From positions 62,317,036-62,381,035 of the forward strand of contig NC_068983.1 in assembly GCF_001194135.2 (NCBI RefSeq): a stretch of DNA of 64,000 nucleotides. Direction: 5' to 3'. The notes under the pieces were generated by a model that had not been told where the DNA came from, made no database searches, and was given only the letters and a program-made list of their open reading frames with translations. The stretch is from Octopus bimaculoides (lineage: Eukaryota). Positions 1 through 11,213 of the stretch are shown here, in pieces. Position 1 is the first letter of the stretch. Each line of letters opens with the position of its first letter. Position numbers and translations under genes: made by a program.

Positions 1-815
1 CTAATGTAATTAGTGTACATAGTATAAATTTCTCATCTCACAAACATAGAATTTATTAGTCTTTCAGGTGACAGATACCTTCCATAACCGGTTTATACTG
101 AATTAGCAGAACCCGTGAATATTGCACGGAATTAATAATAAATTTATGGGGTTCTTCCTGAAAATTTTATCCAAAAAGCCTGAAAGCGTAGCCTGTGTTG
201 TGTCTGTATCAAAAGTGAAGGAAATTGGAATACGATGATTACTTAATGCACTTTATATATATACTCTATGCACAGCACTCATAAAATAAATGTTAACTCC
301 TATTTTTCGATTTTCCAATTTACATGGTCAATAACTTCATATCTAGGAAACAGAAATTTTATAGTAAAAAAAAAAATCATTTTATATATAAAATATGTAA
401 GATTTTCACGAGGGTAAAAATTTAATGCAACATGGCATACTCTGAAAGCCGCATCATAACTTATAAGCCAAGGCAATGGGTCAGAGCCAATACACATTTT
501 AATTTGCATATACCTTTCAATCGTTGATAATTTTAATTCTCACATGAGATAATTTGAAAGCCCTTGAGAATGACACATATAGCTGACCATGGCCGAATAT
601 ATGTTCAGGAAAGAACAGTCTCACTTTATCAAATGTGATTTATTGATAGTCATTGCATATGACAGGCAAATGGGAAACTGATTTCTTTCTAAAGTTGAAT
701 GGTTAAGTTTGTGATGAGCATGCGTTAAGCGATAAATGATATAAAAAACTTAGTTTAATTTTTTAAAAATACCATCGCCACCTCCGTCACCGCCGACGCC
801 ATCACCACCACCACC

Positions 816-819
<4 letters not shown>

Positions 820-879
<60 letters not shown>
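820..879. repeat. (CT)n microsatellite
   Basis: Perfect dinucleotide run. Confidence 0.95.
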
Positions 880-885
<6 letters not shown>

Positions 886-1512
886 CTTTAATCTCACCAT
901 CAGAACATCACACCCTGCTAAAATTATATTCCTGACACTCCTGTATATCACTACCCTCAACTAACTTTTTAAACTACGTAATAAATGTTATGTTCCCCCT
1001 ACCACATGTCATGCACGCTTCTCTCTCCATCTCTTTCTCTCTCTTCGCCTTATTTTCTTTTTCTCTCTCCTTTTTTTTTCTCTTGTTCTCTCTTTCCTTT
1101 CAACTAATCATGCGAAAGCGTTACAATTACGTTCCTATCTACCTCACGTCATGGACGCTTCTCTCTTCCTCTTTTTCTCTCTCCCTCTTTCCTTTCTCCC
1201 TCCTTTGCTCTAATCCCGTGAAAGTGTTATCGACGGACTAAGTAACGTAATGACAAGCAGAATTATTATAAGATGCTAGATTTTTAAGAGCTCGGTATCT
1301 CTCTTCAAATCTTATTTTTGCTGCCAGCTTCTTAAACTTTCTTTTTATCTCTCAAGCTGTCCATAAAAATTGATAATTTCATCCAATCTCTAATTTCTCT
1401 TCCAGCCGTGCCTTAATCCCATTCCTATCTAGATTGGCAGCAGGCACAATACATTGCAGATATTAGATATTTGAATAATGTGAAGTGAAATTTCTTTTGT
1501 CATTAACTAAAC

Positions 1513-1645
1513 CAGGCATGGGCAACTTTTCCGAGAAACGAGACGCATAAGACATAGTTCATCATCATGCGAGCCGTACTATTAAAAATATTCAAGGTAA
1601 TTTTTCTTCCAGAGAGTTCCGCGAGCCATAGTTTGCCCATGATGA
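1513..1645. mobile_element. Short hAT (Buster-type) MITE
   Basis: Imperfect TIRs caggcatgggcaact / agtttgcccatgatg; 8-bp flanks aactaaac and atctaaac (7/8 match, central TA). Confidence 0.5.
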
Positions 1646-1799
1646 ATCTAAACGGTGCTTGATAATTATTAGATTCATTCCTCCACATTTTCCCAATTCA
1701 TAGAAACAAATTAGGTTGGATCGTACATAAAACTCTCTATTGTTTAAGAATATTACGATGTACATCAATAGAATTAGTAGATACCGAAAAGTTACATAA

Positions 1800-2760
1800 T
1801 GTCATGATATTCATAGAACATCTATTTAACTCACTCAGCTTTTGTCAAACAACACCTGCTAAACAACAGCAGCAAAAATAAATATATTAATACAGTGCTG
1901 AAAAGTGAAGTGAGCAACATTGTCCAAGTTGGCAGTGAGCTCCTCAAGAAGCACTCTCTTCCTGATGATTTCCTATACAGTCCCAAAACAGCTGGGCTCT
2001 CTTAGCTCAGAGAAAACCTTGGTGGAAAGCATTCAGCATACAAAAAAGTGATTATGCATGGGTATGTTGCCTGGAAGCTTGAAGAAGATAGTAGAATTGA
2101 CACGAATCGCAGCCTATCTTGGACACAAGACCACTACATCACATCATATTTTCAAGGCTATGCGATTGCAATCCAAGAACTGGAGATTGCCACAAAGTAC
2201 CTGGTGAACAAGAGAGACAGTGACGCTCTGGTAATCCCAAGGTGCTACTGCATGTATTGGCTATGTCATGTTTCTGCGGAAGACATCACGCATGTGATTA
2301 GCAGCTGTCCTAAAATATCGTCACGGTACTACCTCCCTATTTGGCACGATGTCGTTGCTAAAACAATTTACAATGCCATCAGCAAAAAAGCCTCTCCTGA
2401 AATAAACTTAGAAAATCCCTCTATTATAGAATACATTCATAAGCATCAACTGAAAGAATACTGGTGGAATATTCCCTTCAAAACTTTTGTCAAATGTAAA
2501 CAACACAGGCCGCATATTGTTGTTTGGGACAGAGAGGCAAAGGTACGTACCATAATAGAGGTCCACTGCTCTGCAGATGTAAATATCTCTTTTGGATTTT
2601 CAGAAAGAGAAATCGACCGGCTAATTCGTACATTACAAGTGAAATCTGTGAGTGGAACAGTAAAAATATGCAATACTTCTCTCAAGTCCCAAATGTGAAT
2701 TTGTCTGTGTTAACTACATCCCAAATATAGAGCCTTGTATCATTGTTGGAAACCGGTTCC
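1800..2760 (+). mobile_element. R4/Dong-like non-LTR retrotransposon 3' fragment (zinc knuckle plus restriction-like endonuclease)
   Basis: ORF 2048-2698 has LCHVSAEDITHVISSC (CCHC remnant), HDVVAKTIY, EYWWN and HRPHIVVWD...IIEVHCS (PD-(D/E)xK region). Confidence 0.8.
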
Positions 2761-4018
2761 CTCCGCAGTGGAAGATTTCTAATAATTAAAAAATAGAAGA
2801 GACATACATACATGAATTCACACTCGCACATATATTTGTGCGCGAGTGCGTGTAAATAATGAGTTTAAATATAATTAGCGCATATTAAATATTATGACAA
2901 ATGTATTGATATTTTTTAAATCAGAGACACCAAAATAAAACGTTGACGAAATTTATATTAAAATCATCTTGAGACAAAATAGGTTCATCCTTATGAAATC
3001 TTCAGTTGGATAAAAAAAAAATCGATAATTCGTAGCTGGACAGCATAATTATTCACTATTTAAAATTTCCAAAAATTTTCTGAATTGAAGGAGATTCGAT
3101 ATTAGAAAACAAAGACTCCACTGTGCTTTGAATGTATTAATTCATATACGTTGCTGTCGTTGCGGAAAATCGTTGCTATGAGAAACATGATCTCACATAT
3201 TCTCAGCATGGAGCTGTAAATAACTGAATGAATGAATAACGTTTAGCTAATTTACAATTTCAATTTTTATGTAAATTTTAAATTATGAATAATTTGGGTA
3301 TCCAACTTCAATTATCGATTCATACCCACTGAAATTCCACATGAACCCAAGCAATGCAATTTCATGTTAGGTAATGATATTTAATATATAGGAGTGCACA
3401 GCAACTCATTAGGTAGCGGTGCTAAGTCCTTCTTTCTGTAGCAATTAAACAAACGGGAAAAATGGATCTCAAATATACCAGATAAAGGAAATATGGAATA
3501 CTTGTACAAATTACTTAACGGGACATCTAGATGCGTCGAAAACTATTCACCTCATTGTTTGCAGTTAAACTAAAGACATTCATTCGTATAGCCACACGGT
3601 ACATAATAATTATTGACATCATGAGTGGTTGTTATTTAAATAAATCAAGAAAGAAGAAAATTACGAATATGTCACTTTGTGGTCAAACAAGAGAGAATGA
3701 GTATTTTACTGAGATAATATATACATACACTTACAATACACAACTGGGTGGACGTGAGGTAAGTTGATATGATTTAATTAATGACAAGAGTTATATAAAA
3801 GAGAGCCGCACAGCTACCTAGGTAGTATAATTTCAGGTCATTTAAGCGAAATATTAAATTACACACACACCCTCACATGCGCGCGCGCACATACACACAC
3901 ACATCAAGACGGCTGAGTCGACGTCATTTATCCACACTCTCATTGGTAACTATGATTAATCGCATGAAACCTATGGTATCGTACTATTGAATTCGTTACT
4001 AATCAGTATGTCCATATA

Positions 4019-4215
4019 TACGAGAGGGTTCTATACAGGAGGATCAGTTAATTATGATTTTATTCAACATATTCCCCTCTCAGACTCACACACCTATTGC
4101 AGCGGTCCTTCAGTTTTTCTAAGCCCTGTAAAAGAATTTGAAAAGTTGGGCCTCCAGCCAGGCCTTCCATCTTAACCTTAAAGCCAAGAACTTTTCAGCA
4201 CCACCTCGAATATAA
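4019..4215. mobile_element. Mariner-derived MITE fragment (second copy at 21595-21810)
   Basis: Shared ggaggatcagttaattatgattttattcaaca...ctcagactcacac sequence; the second copy starts tacacagggtgttgaaaagttcctgg (mariner-like end). Confidence 0.55.
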
Positions 4216-4243
4216 ATGTATAAGTATTCATACTCTGTGTGTG

Positions 4244-4283
<40 letters not shown>

Positions 4284-4369
4284 ATTGCTCATATTGACTA
4301 TTTGGGGTCAAAGGGGCACACAACATCAATTATATAGCATGTGTGGTTCACCTTGTCCACCACCACTAG

Positions 4370-4700
4370 GTTCAGCTAGTTGTGCTCTAACATCTGTTCA
4401 GTTTGGATTGGGAAATTTTATAGAATTTTGCAGGCCTCCGACTCCGCCACTCTCTGCAGTTTGTATTCATACCACGTCTTACCTTTCTCTAGACCCACTT
4501 TTCACATAATTCCCTACGCAGGACTCTCGCTACCTCATCGTTTCACCACAACTTATAACGGTTTTGGACAAATCTACGGCATTTGTTCACGATATGGGCA
4601 ATAGTTCCGTCCACTCTATGACAGATTCGGCATAGTGGAAACAATTGCTCACTCCTCCAATTTGTAGCCAAAGATTGATCTTGCGGTGCTTGTATGTTAC
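4370..4700 (-). mobile_element. R4/Dong-like LINE fragment
   Basis: CRICHRVDGTIAHIVNKCRRFVQNRYK then (R)NDEVARVL, i.e. the CCHC knuckle and RHD motif. Confidence 0.7.
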
Positions 4701-5044
4701 TCTCAATCTCTCTCTCTCTCTCTCTCACTCTCTTTTCTTTCCTTTTCAGTGCTCTATTCTAGATTTTCCAGAGACTTCAGTTGTGGCTACATGGAACTGA
4801 TTGTATAGCTTACTGTGCAGTATTTCTTCTTTTTTTTTTGTACTTCTTGTTTGTTTTCATATTAATGTTTCTCTGCTTTCAATACGTCCTCATCCTTAAA
4901 TGTCACTGGTAAGGTTTCTTTACTTTGGGATAGGTATCTCATTCAGCACCCGAATTTCATATGAACGCTGCTTTCCTCATTTATTAGTGCCCTTCCTCCA
5001 TTTTCTCTCTTCATTATTATCATTACTATTATTAATGAGCTTCC

Positions 5045-5245
5045 AGAATCATTAGCACGCCGGGAAAAATGTTTAGCAGCATTTCGTCCGCTTTCGCGCT
5101 CTGAGTTCAAACTCCGGCGAGGTCGATATTGCCTTTCATCCGTTCAGGATCAATAAAAATAAGTACCAGTTGAACACTCGGGTCGATGAAAACGACTTAA
5201 CCCCCTCCCCCAAATTTGCTAACCTTGTGCCAAAATTTGGAACCA
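5045..5245 (+). mobile_element. tRNA-derived SINE, family with ttgcctttcatcctttcggggtcgataa central domain; other copies near 7614-7818(+), 20055-20300(-), 28852-29070(-), 41860-42040(+), 49960-50170(+), 56200-56390(-), 61965-62185(-), 62240-62440(+), 63350-63575(+)
   Basis: Repeated approx. 200-bp unit with box-B-like gagttcaaattcc, a conserved central domain and a gtagaaaggattatt tail. Confidence 0.85.
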
Positions 5246-5329
5246 CGAGAGTGACAGAAACGTTAGCACGCCGGTAAAAATGCTTAGCAGCATTTCTTCC
5301 GGCTTTATGTTAAGGGCAGACAATTTTTA

Positions 5330-5805
5330 TTTGTCTAGTGGCTGTAGCGAAAGAGGTAGTATGGTGGACCCCTTTGAAAGGGCTAAAGACAGACACTTTC
5401 CTCTTTGGCCAAGCTCTCAGCAACGGTTTCAAGTTTCACTTGAAAAGGAGGTTGAGGGTGGACAGGGAAGTACTGCATTCTAGCAAGTTTGTTGAAAAGT
5501 GGATGAATGCTGGAAGAATCACCAGTGCGAAAGGACCATTTCTGAGCAATCACTTGTGAAAAGAGAAATTAAAGGGGAAGGGCACTTGCCCTGTTGATCA
5601 GGCACCCGTGAATTTTGAGGGTTTTTCTACGATGGCCTTAGAGCGTCTCCCCTATTGGGAGTTTTAATTTACCTAATTCGTTATTGTTATATATATATCG
5701 CTTATACACTGTAAAATCCCTTGTATCGTCTTGTTTTTGCCGTTTATGTTGTCACATGTCATTTAATGTTGTTTTATGTGAGCCCTTGTGGCTAATAAAA
5801 GAATT
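5330..5805 (+). mobile_element. Tx1/L1-like LINE 3' end
   Basis: ORF 5338-5559 KEVVWWTPLKGL...FKFHLKRRLRVDRE...FVEKW, then a 3' UTR with AATAAA and (ATT)n. Confidence 0.6.
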
Positions 5806-6098
5806 TATTATTATTTTTATTATCATTATTATTTTATTGTTGTTGTTGCTGTTATTGTTGTTGCTGATGTTATTATTATTATCATCATCATCATCATCGT
5901 CATCATCATTATTATTATTATTATTATCATTGAGCGAATGAGAGAGCAGTTCATGCCATCAAAGTAACACTGGGGTAATATATATGAAGCCCAGCATTAC
6001 CCATGTATGTATGTCATTATTCAGTTTTACTTCAAGATTTCTTGCCAAGAGCCGGTTTCTAACCTAGATCCTTAACTGAAATTTCTTAAACATCAACA

Positions 6099-6505
6099 TA
6101 GGCGCAGGGGTGGCTGTGTGGTACGTAGCTTGCTTACCAACCACATGGTTCCGGGTTTAGTCCCACTGCGTGGCACCTTGGGCAAGTGTCTTCTACTATA
6201 GCCTCGGGCCGACCAAAGCCTTGTGAGTGGATTTGGTAGACGGAAACTGAAAGAAGCCCGTCGTATATATGTATATGTGTGTGTGTGTGTGTGTGTTTGT
6301 GTTTGTGTGTGTGTCTGTGTTTGTCTCCAACATCGCTTGACAACCGATGCTGGTGTGTTTACGTCCCCATAACTTAGTGGCTCGGCAAAAGAGACCATTA
6401 CAATAAGTACTAGGCTTACAAACAATAAGTCCTGGGGTCGATTTGCTCGACTAAAGGCGGTGCTCCAGCATGGCCACAGTCAAATGACTGAAACAAGTAA
6501 AAGAG
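6099..6505 (+). mobile_element. tRNA-derived CORE-like SINE with internal (GT)n; other copies 25418-25790(+), 33411-33849(-), 35905-36290(-), 55770-56135(-), plus fragments
   Basis: tRNA head ggctgtgtggta...ggttccgggtttagtccc, CORE-like accttgggcaagtgtctt, shared 3' tail gactgaaacaagtaaaaga. Confidence 0.88.
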
Positions 6506-7949
6506 TAGGGTATTTTTGTATGTATGCATGTATGCATACGTGCAGATTTGTATATTTTGTTTTATGTATGTATTTTCATGCATATAGTTGCACATCTAGA
6601 CATGCACATATATACTTAAATGGGAAACTTGTGGAAAGTTCTACAGATTTTTACAGTTCCAGTGATGGCGTGAATCTGCAATTTTCAAATCAGCTTTCTC
6701 CTTTCTGGTTTTGAGAAGCCTAATTTCTCAAGATTGGTACTGTATGTATGTATGTATGTATGGATGGATGGATGGATGTATGCACGTATGTATTTATGTA
6801 TGCACACATGTATGTACACATGTACATATTATGTTACGTATGTAAATAGAGTGTTATTATGCATTCAAGTCTACATGGGAATGTGTATGTATACACGCTT
6901 ATATGTATAAACGTATGCAAGTTTTAATGTAAGCTTGCACAAACCGATGCATTCACTTATGCATAAAATATGGATTTATATACATATCGATGAAATGTTA
7001 GGGAGTAAGGTAATTAGATCAAAAAGCTAATGAGTGTACAGCTAAACAAAGAGAAGACATAATTAGCCATCAAAGAAGAATACACAAATGATAGGATAAT
7101 AAAATGATAAAAGCACTTGGAAGAAATGTTCCCAGTAGATGCCATTTATTCTCCACCAATCATTTTGCTTTATATATAAAGTGCAATAATAGAAAGAAAA
7201 CATCTATTTCATACACACAGCCACGCACAAGCACACAGACACACACTGAGGCATAATATGAAAATTACCTTAGTTTACTAACATAAATGAAAAACTTACA
7301 CCTTGAAATTGAAAGTATCTAAAATGTAAAGTGAGCTGATCGCCATGAAGTATAATTTATCAGTTTGTTGACGAACTGGGGCTTCTTTTGTACAATTTAT
7401 TTGTTTAACAAAGCAATTACCATTAGCATGATATCTCAAAGATAGATTTTTATTTGGCAGTGATATGTACAAAACAAACACACATGTATATGTCTGTGTG
7501 TGTGAGCGTGTGTGTTTGTGTGAGCGCGTGTGTGTGTATGTTTGAGCGTGTGTGTGTGTGCCTGTATGTATATAGATAAAGGCATGGCGGTGTGGTATGA
7601 AGCTTGCTTCCCAACAGAATCGTTAGCCCGCCGGGCGAAATGCTTAGCAGCATTTCTTCTGTCTACATGTTCTAAGTTAAAATTCCGCCGAGGTCGACTT
7701 TGCCTTTCATCCTTTGGGATCGACAAATTAAGTACCAGTTGAGTACTGGGATCAATGTAATCGACTTAACCCTCCCCCAAAATTTCAGGCCTTGTGCCTA
7801 TAGTAGAAAGGATTATTAGTTCTCTCTATAGAGCGGCGAGCTGGTAGAATCGTTGGCGCGCCGAGCAAAATGCTTAGCGGAATAAAAGAAGAAAGAACGC
7901 CGTACAAAACTAAAAACTGCAGGAGCTATATCTGAATGGTGTAGAAGAT

Positions 7950-8580
7950 GCAAGATTTGCTTGGCCGAGAGGAGAATCCTAAAAACACTCACACAAACCA
8001 GATGGCTTCCTGAACTCAAAGAATGAGCTATTTTGCTGTTGCCCTCTTAAAAGGAAATTCGTTCTGACAACGTGACCTTTCTCTTTTAAGGATTAGAGAA
8101 GAGAAAGCATGGGCACATGCACAACAACTGATTCCCTTACGAACTGCTACAATCATCCTATCGAGGTAGGGGACAACTTTTTTTTCCCTCCTACTTTTTA
8201 CCATTACTGAGCACACCAGAACAGTGATATTTACTTCCAACATAACAGAGGCTACGCACTTCCGGCCAGCATATATGAAGAGTTGCCAATATATCCTAAC
8301 GCAGTAGTTTGCAGGAAACCGTTGGTAACATTCCAACCAGTTTTATGGCATAACAAGGAATACTGGGTTTGACAATATAAAAGTATAACCACTCAATTTC
8401 TCTTTTAGAGAGAGCTGGTTCCTGATTTATGGACAACTACCTCATAATATATTTACATACATACATACATACAACTTAAAAATTGAAACTATCACGTTAG
8501 AACACAACCGGCTAGACATCGTTGTGTTGGACCACAAAGAAAAGATATGTTCTGTTGTGGAAATCAGATTGCCTCACCAT
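7950..8580 (+). mobile_element. Decayed R4/Dong-like LINE fragment
   Basis: Interrupted translation with LEHNRLDIVVLDHKEKICSVVEI (REL nuclease motif). Confidence 0.6.
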
Positions 8581-8589
8581 TTGTCTCTA

Positions 8590-8910
8590 GGTAACAGGTA
8601 GATGCCTCATTTGGGAAGCCACTGCCAGTAGCTCCTTTGCTTCCCCCTATATTCTGGATGCCTCGGTAAATGAGAGGGTCACTGGTTCCGTAGCCAAACG
8701 GAACAAAATCCTTAAGTATCGGGACTTGTCAGTGAACCATTTCTTCTAGACTCTGGTGTTTGCAACGTTTGGAGGGGCTGAGGCACTAACGGCGAAGTTC
8801 CTGTCACAGTTAGCGGCTCGCCTCACCGAGGTGTCAAGTGATGCCCATGAAGGAACTTGACTGTTCGAACAGTCAAGCTCCTTCACGGACATCACTTTAC
8901 TTCAGTAATT
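8590..8910 (+). mobile_element. CRE-clade non-LTR retrotransposon C-terminal fragment
   Basis: Frame from 8606 reads LIWEATASSSFASPYILDAS...VAKRNKILKYRDL...*TLVFATFGGAE...KFLSQLAARL...LFEQ, with two in-frame stops. Confidence 0.62.
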
Positions 8911-9964
8911 TCAACCATGTAACCAAATCGCAGAATAATCCATCTTTAATATTATTCCACCCTTTCACTTTAGATTATGCCATTTTTTTTTAAACGATCA
9001 TACACAGAATTGTTATGAACATTTCAATTATTATTCCGTATGTACGCAGGTAATAAAGTGAACCATTTTACACATGACGAAGCTGGTTATTTGAGGTGAA
9101 AGAATAGTACTTAGACCATCAAGAACAAGAATTGAACTCAGAATGTATAAGTGCGAAAATAAACACTAAATAGCGTTACATTTGGATTTCCCTATAATAA
9201 AATTAATGGCAGAATTTTAGAATCTCAAGACGTAAATAGTTAAATTTTGTTACATAGACGTAATATAAATATTAGAAGAGTTATTTCCCTTGGTAACTAA
9301 TTTCTTAGTTTTTCCCCTTTAATTTTCTTGTTTCCACCATTTGTGTTTTCTTCTCTGGGTTCTTTCAGAAATTTATTTTTGTGGCCCTCTTCATAAGCGT
9401 TATCATTTGAGGAAAAGTATTTTAACGTTCAGTGCATATCAATTACAATTGTATCATATAGAGAAGCAGAGTATAGTTTACAAAAATAACATTACTATGT
9501 GGTTAAAAGTTCAATTGAATAAAGTAAATAAAGCGACGATTGCTGTTATTTTACCTTATTGAATTGTGAAATGAAAATATAACATTAATATCATACCTCG
9601 AGTTGGGAAAAAAATACACCCAATACACAAGGGTGAATAGAGATAGCAACTAACTTTATTGCATTTACTGCTGCATACTTCTGAAATTTAGTAAATGCCA
9701 TTTCAACATGGTTGTCATATACATATTGTTAGCTAGATTGTACATAATTTATGCTGCAGAAATAAGCAGGATGAAATGCGTATTATGATAAGCTAATCAT
9801 ACATACAGCAGTTAAATCTGAGTGTCACCATAGAATGTTTTCATCTGGCCTCTAAGAATTATGGTGAAGTCCATTGGAGGCCATATGATTTCTACAGAGA
9901 ATCAATAATTTAGAGTATACATGTTGCTGTAAAACCACAACCACATAGAAATACACTAATGTTA

Positions 9965-10790
9965 TCCAATGCCCAAGACAAAAGTAAAATCAACAGATGC
10001 AAGTGCTACCAGTCGAAAGCTCTGCATACCAGAATCCAGCAAGTGTATGAGATCATTAAGAGAGAATGTGCGCCATTTTGGGGCCTACCTTTGGACAGTA
10101 TCATTGCACACCAGCCCCACCTCACTAGATCAACTGGTTATCAAATATAGCTCAATATTCCTCTAGCCATCACTCATCATCTCTTTTTACCCAAATCCAC
10201 TGGCTAGCTTTTCCACTGTAGTTTGGATATTGTTCATGGTGGTATTTACTTTATGATGAGTTAGGCGTAATGATAAGAACAGTCACGTCACACTCTGTAC
10301 AACAAATCCTCTACATCTGACTTCGATTGGAAAGTGCTCTACTTTCCACCCTGCATCTTCACATTCCGCTAGGAGGTTTACATAATGGTGTGACCATTGC
10401 ATCTTCTTCACTGGTATAATAAATTCAGGACTAGTTTATCCAGTGTATATATTATTAAGATGTAGGTTAATATTTGAGGAAAAATTTTGTAAGATAAGCA
10501 ACTTCACAGAGGCTGCCTGAATATGACTACTTAACATGCTGACATAGTTTAAGCAATTGTGAAGCAGAGCAAATACTCATTTCAAGCTTACATCATCTGA
10601 TCAGTGAAGACAAACTTCTTGAGATGCCATTCCACCACTTCTTCACAAGATCTTCCTCTACTAATAATACTTTTCACTGTCAAACAGTACATATCCAATC
10701 ATCTTTCATTGTCTGTTTAGAAAGATTGTCCAAATTAGTGCAGTTGATTCTCCAATACACTTCAGATGATCCCTTTAATGTTCACTTTCT
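9965..10790 (-). mobile_element. HERO/NeSL-like REL LINE 3' fragment (absent from the ORF track)
   Basis: Minus strand reads LLAECEDAGWKVEHFPIEVRCRGFVVQSV...TTVEKASQWIWVKRD, matching the PIEVGCRGF...AE.AS.W.W.KR signature. Confidence 0.7.
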
Positions 10791-11113
10791 CTCTTGATTC
10801 TTCACTTTTAGTGCAGGTTGTTATTGTTTAGACCAGCTAAGCTCTTATCAACATATAACTGAAAGCAATTGAGCCATGACAACTTCTATCCAGACACAGT
10901 GAATCAAAGACAACATTACACAATATTCTTTCCAATGTTGGTAAAGTAGAATTTGAGAGAGATCCGAGTGCTATACATTTCACATCAAGCTCCCCTCATT
11001 GATTCATTCCAGAAGATTTACATATCAACTACATGCCCAGGCAGAAGTTACAATTAACAACAAATCCAAGTAAATTAAAAACACAGTAACACTACAATAA
11101 AAAAAATAAAATA

Positions 11114-11119
11114 TTTATT
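11114..11119 (-). promoter_or_regulatory. AATAAA polyadenylation signal of NAT10
   Basis: TGA-TGC-AATAAA on the minus strand, followed by a U- and GU-rich tract (TATTTTATTTTT...GTAGTGTTACTGTGTTTTT). Confidence 0.6.
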
Positions 11120-11122
11120 GCA

Positions 11123-11213
11123 TCATTTATGCTTCTTGGATTTCTTGAATTTTTTTGATTTCTTCTGGCTAGTATTTTCTTCCACCTCCTTCAGTTGACG
11201 TTTCTGCCTGATA
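11123..11213 (-). CDS. NAT10: NAT10 coding exon 26 (Lys-rich NLS/NoLS-like tail, stop TGA)
   Basis: Poly-T tract plus gtag acceptor; SIRQKRQLKEVEENTSQKKSKKFKKSKKHK*; phase fits exon 25. Confidence 0.9.
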
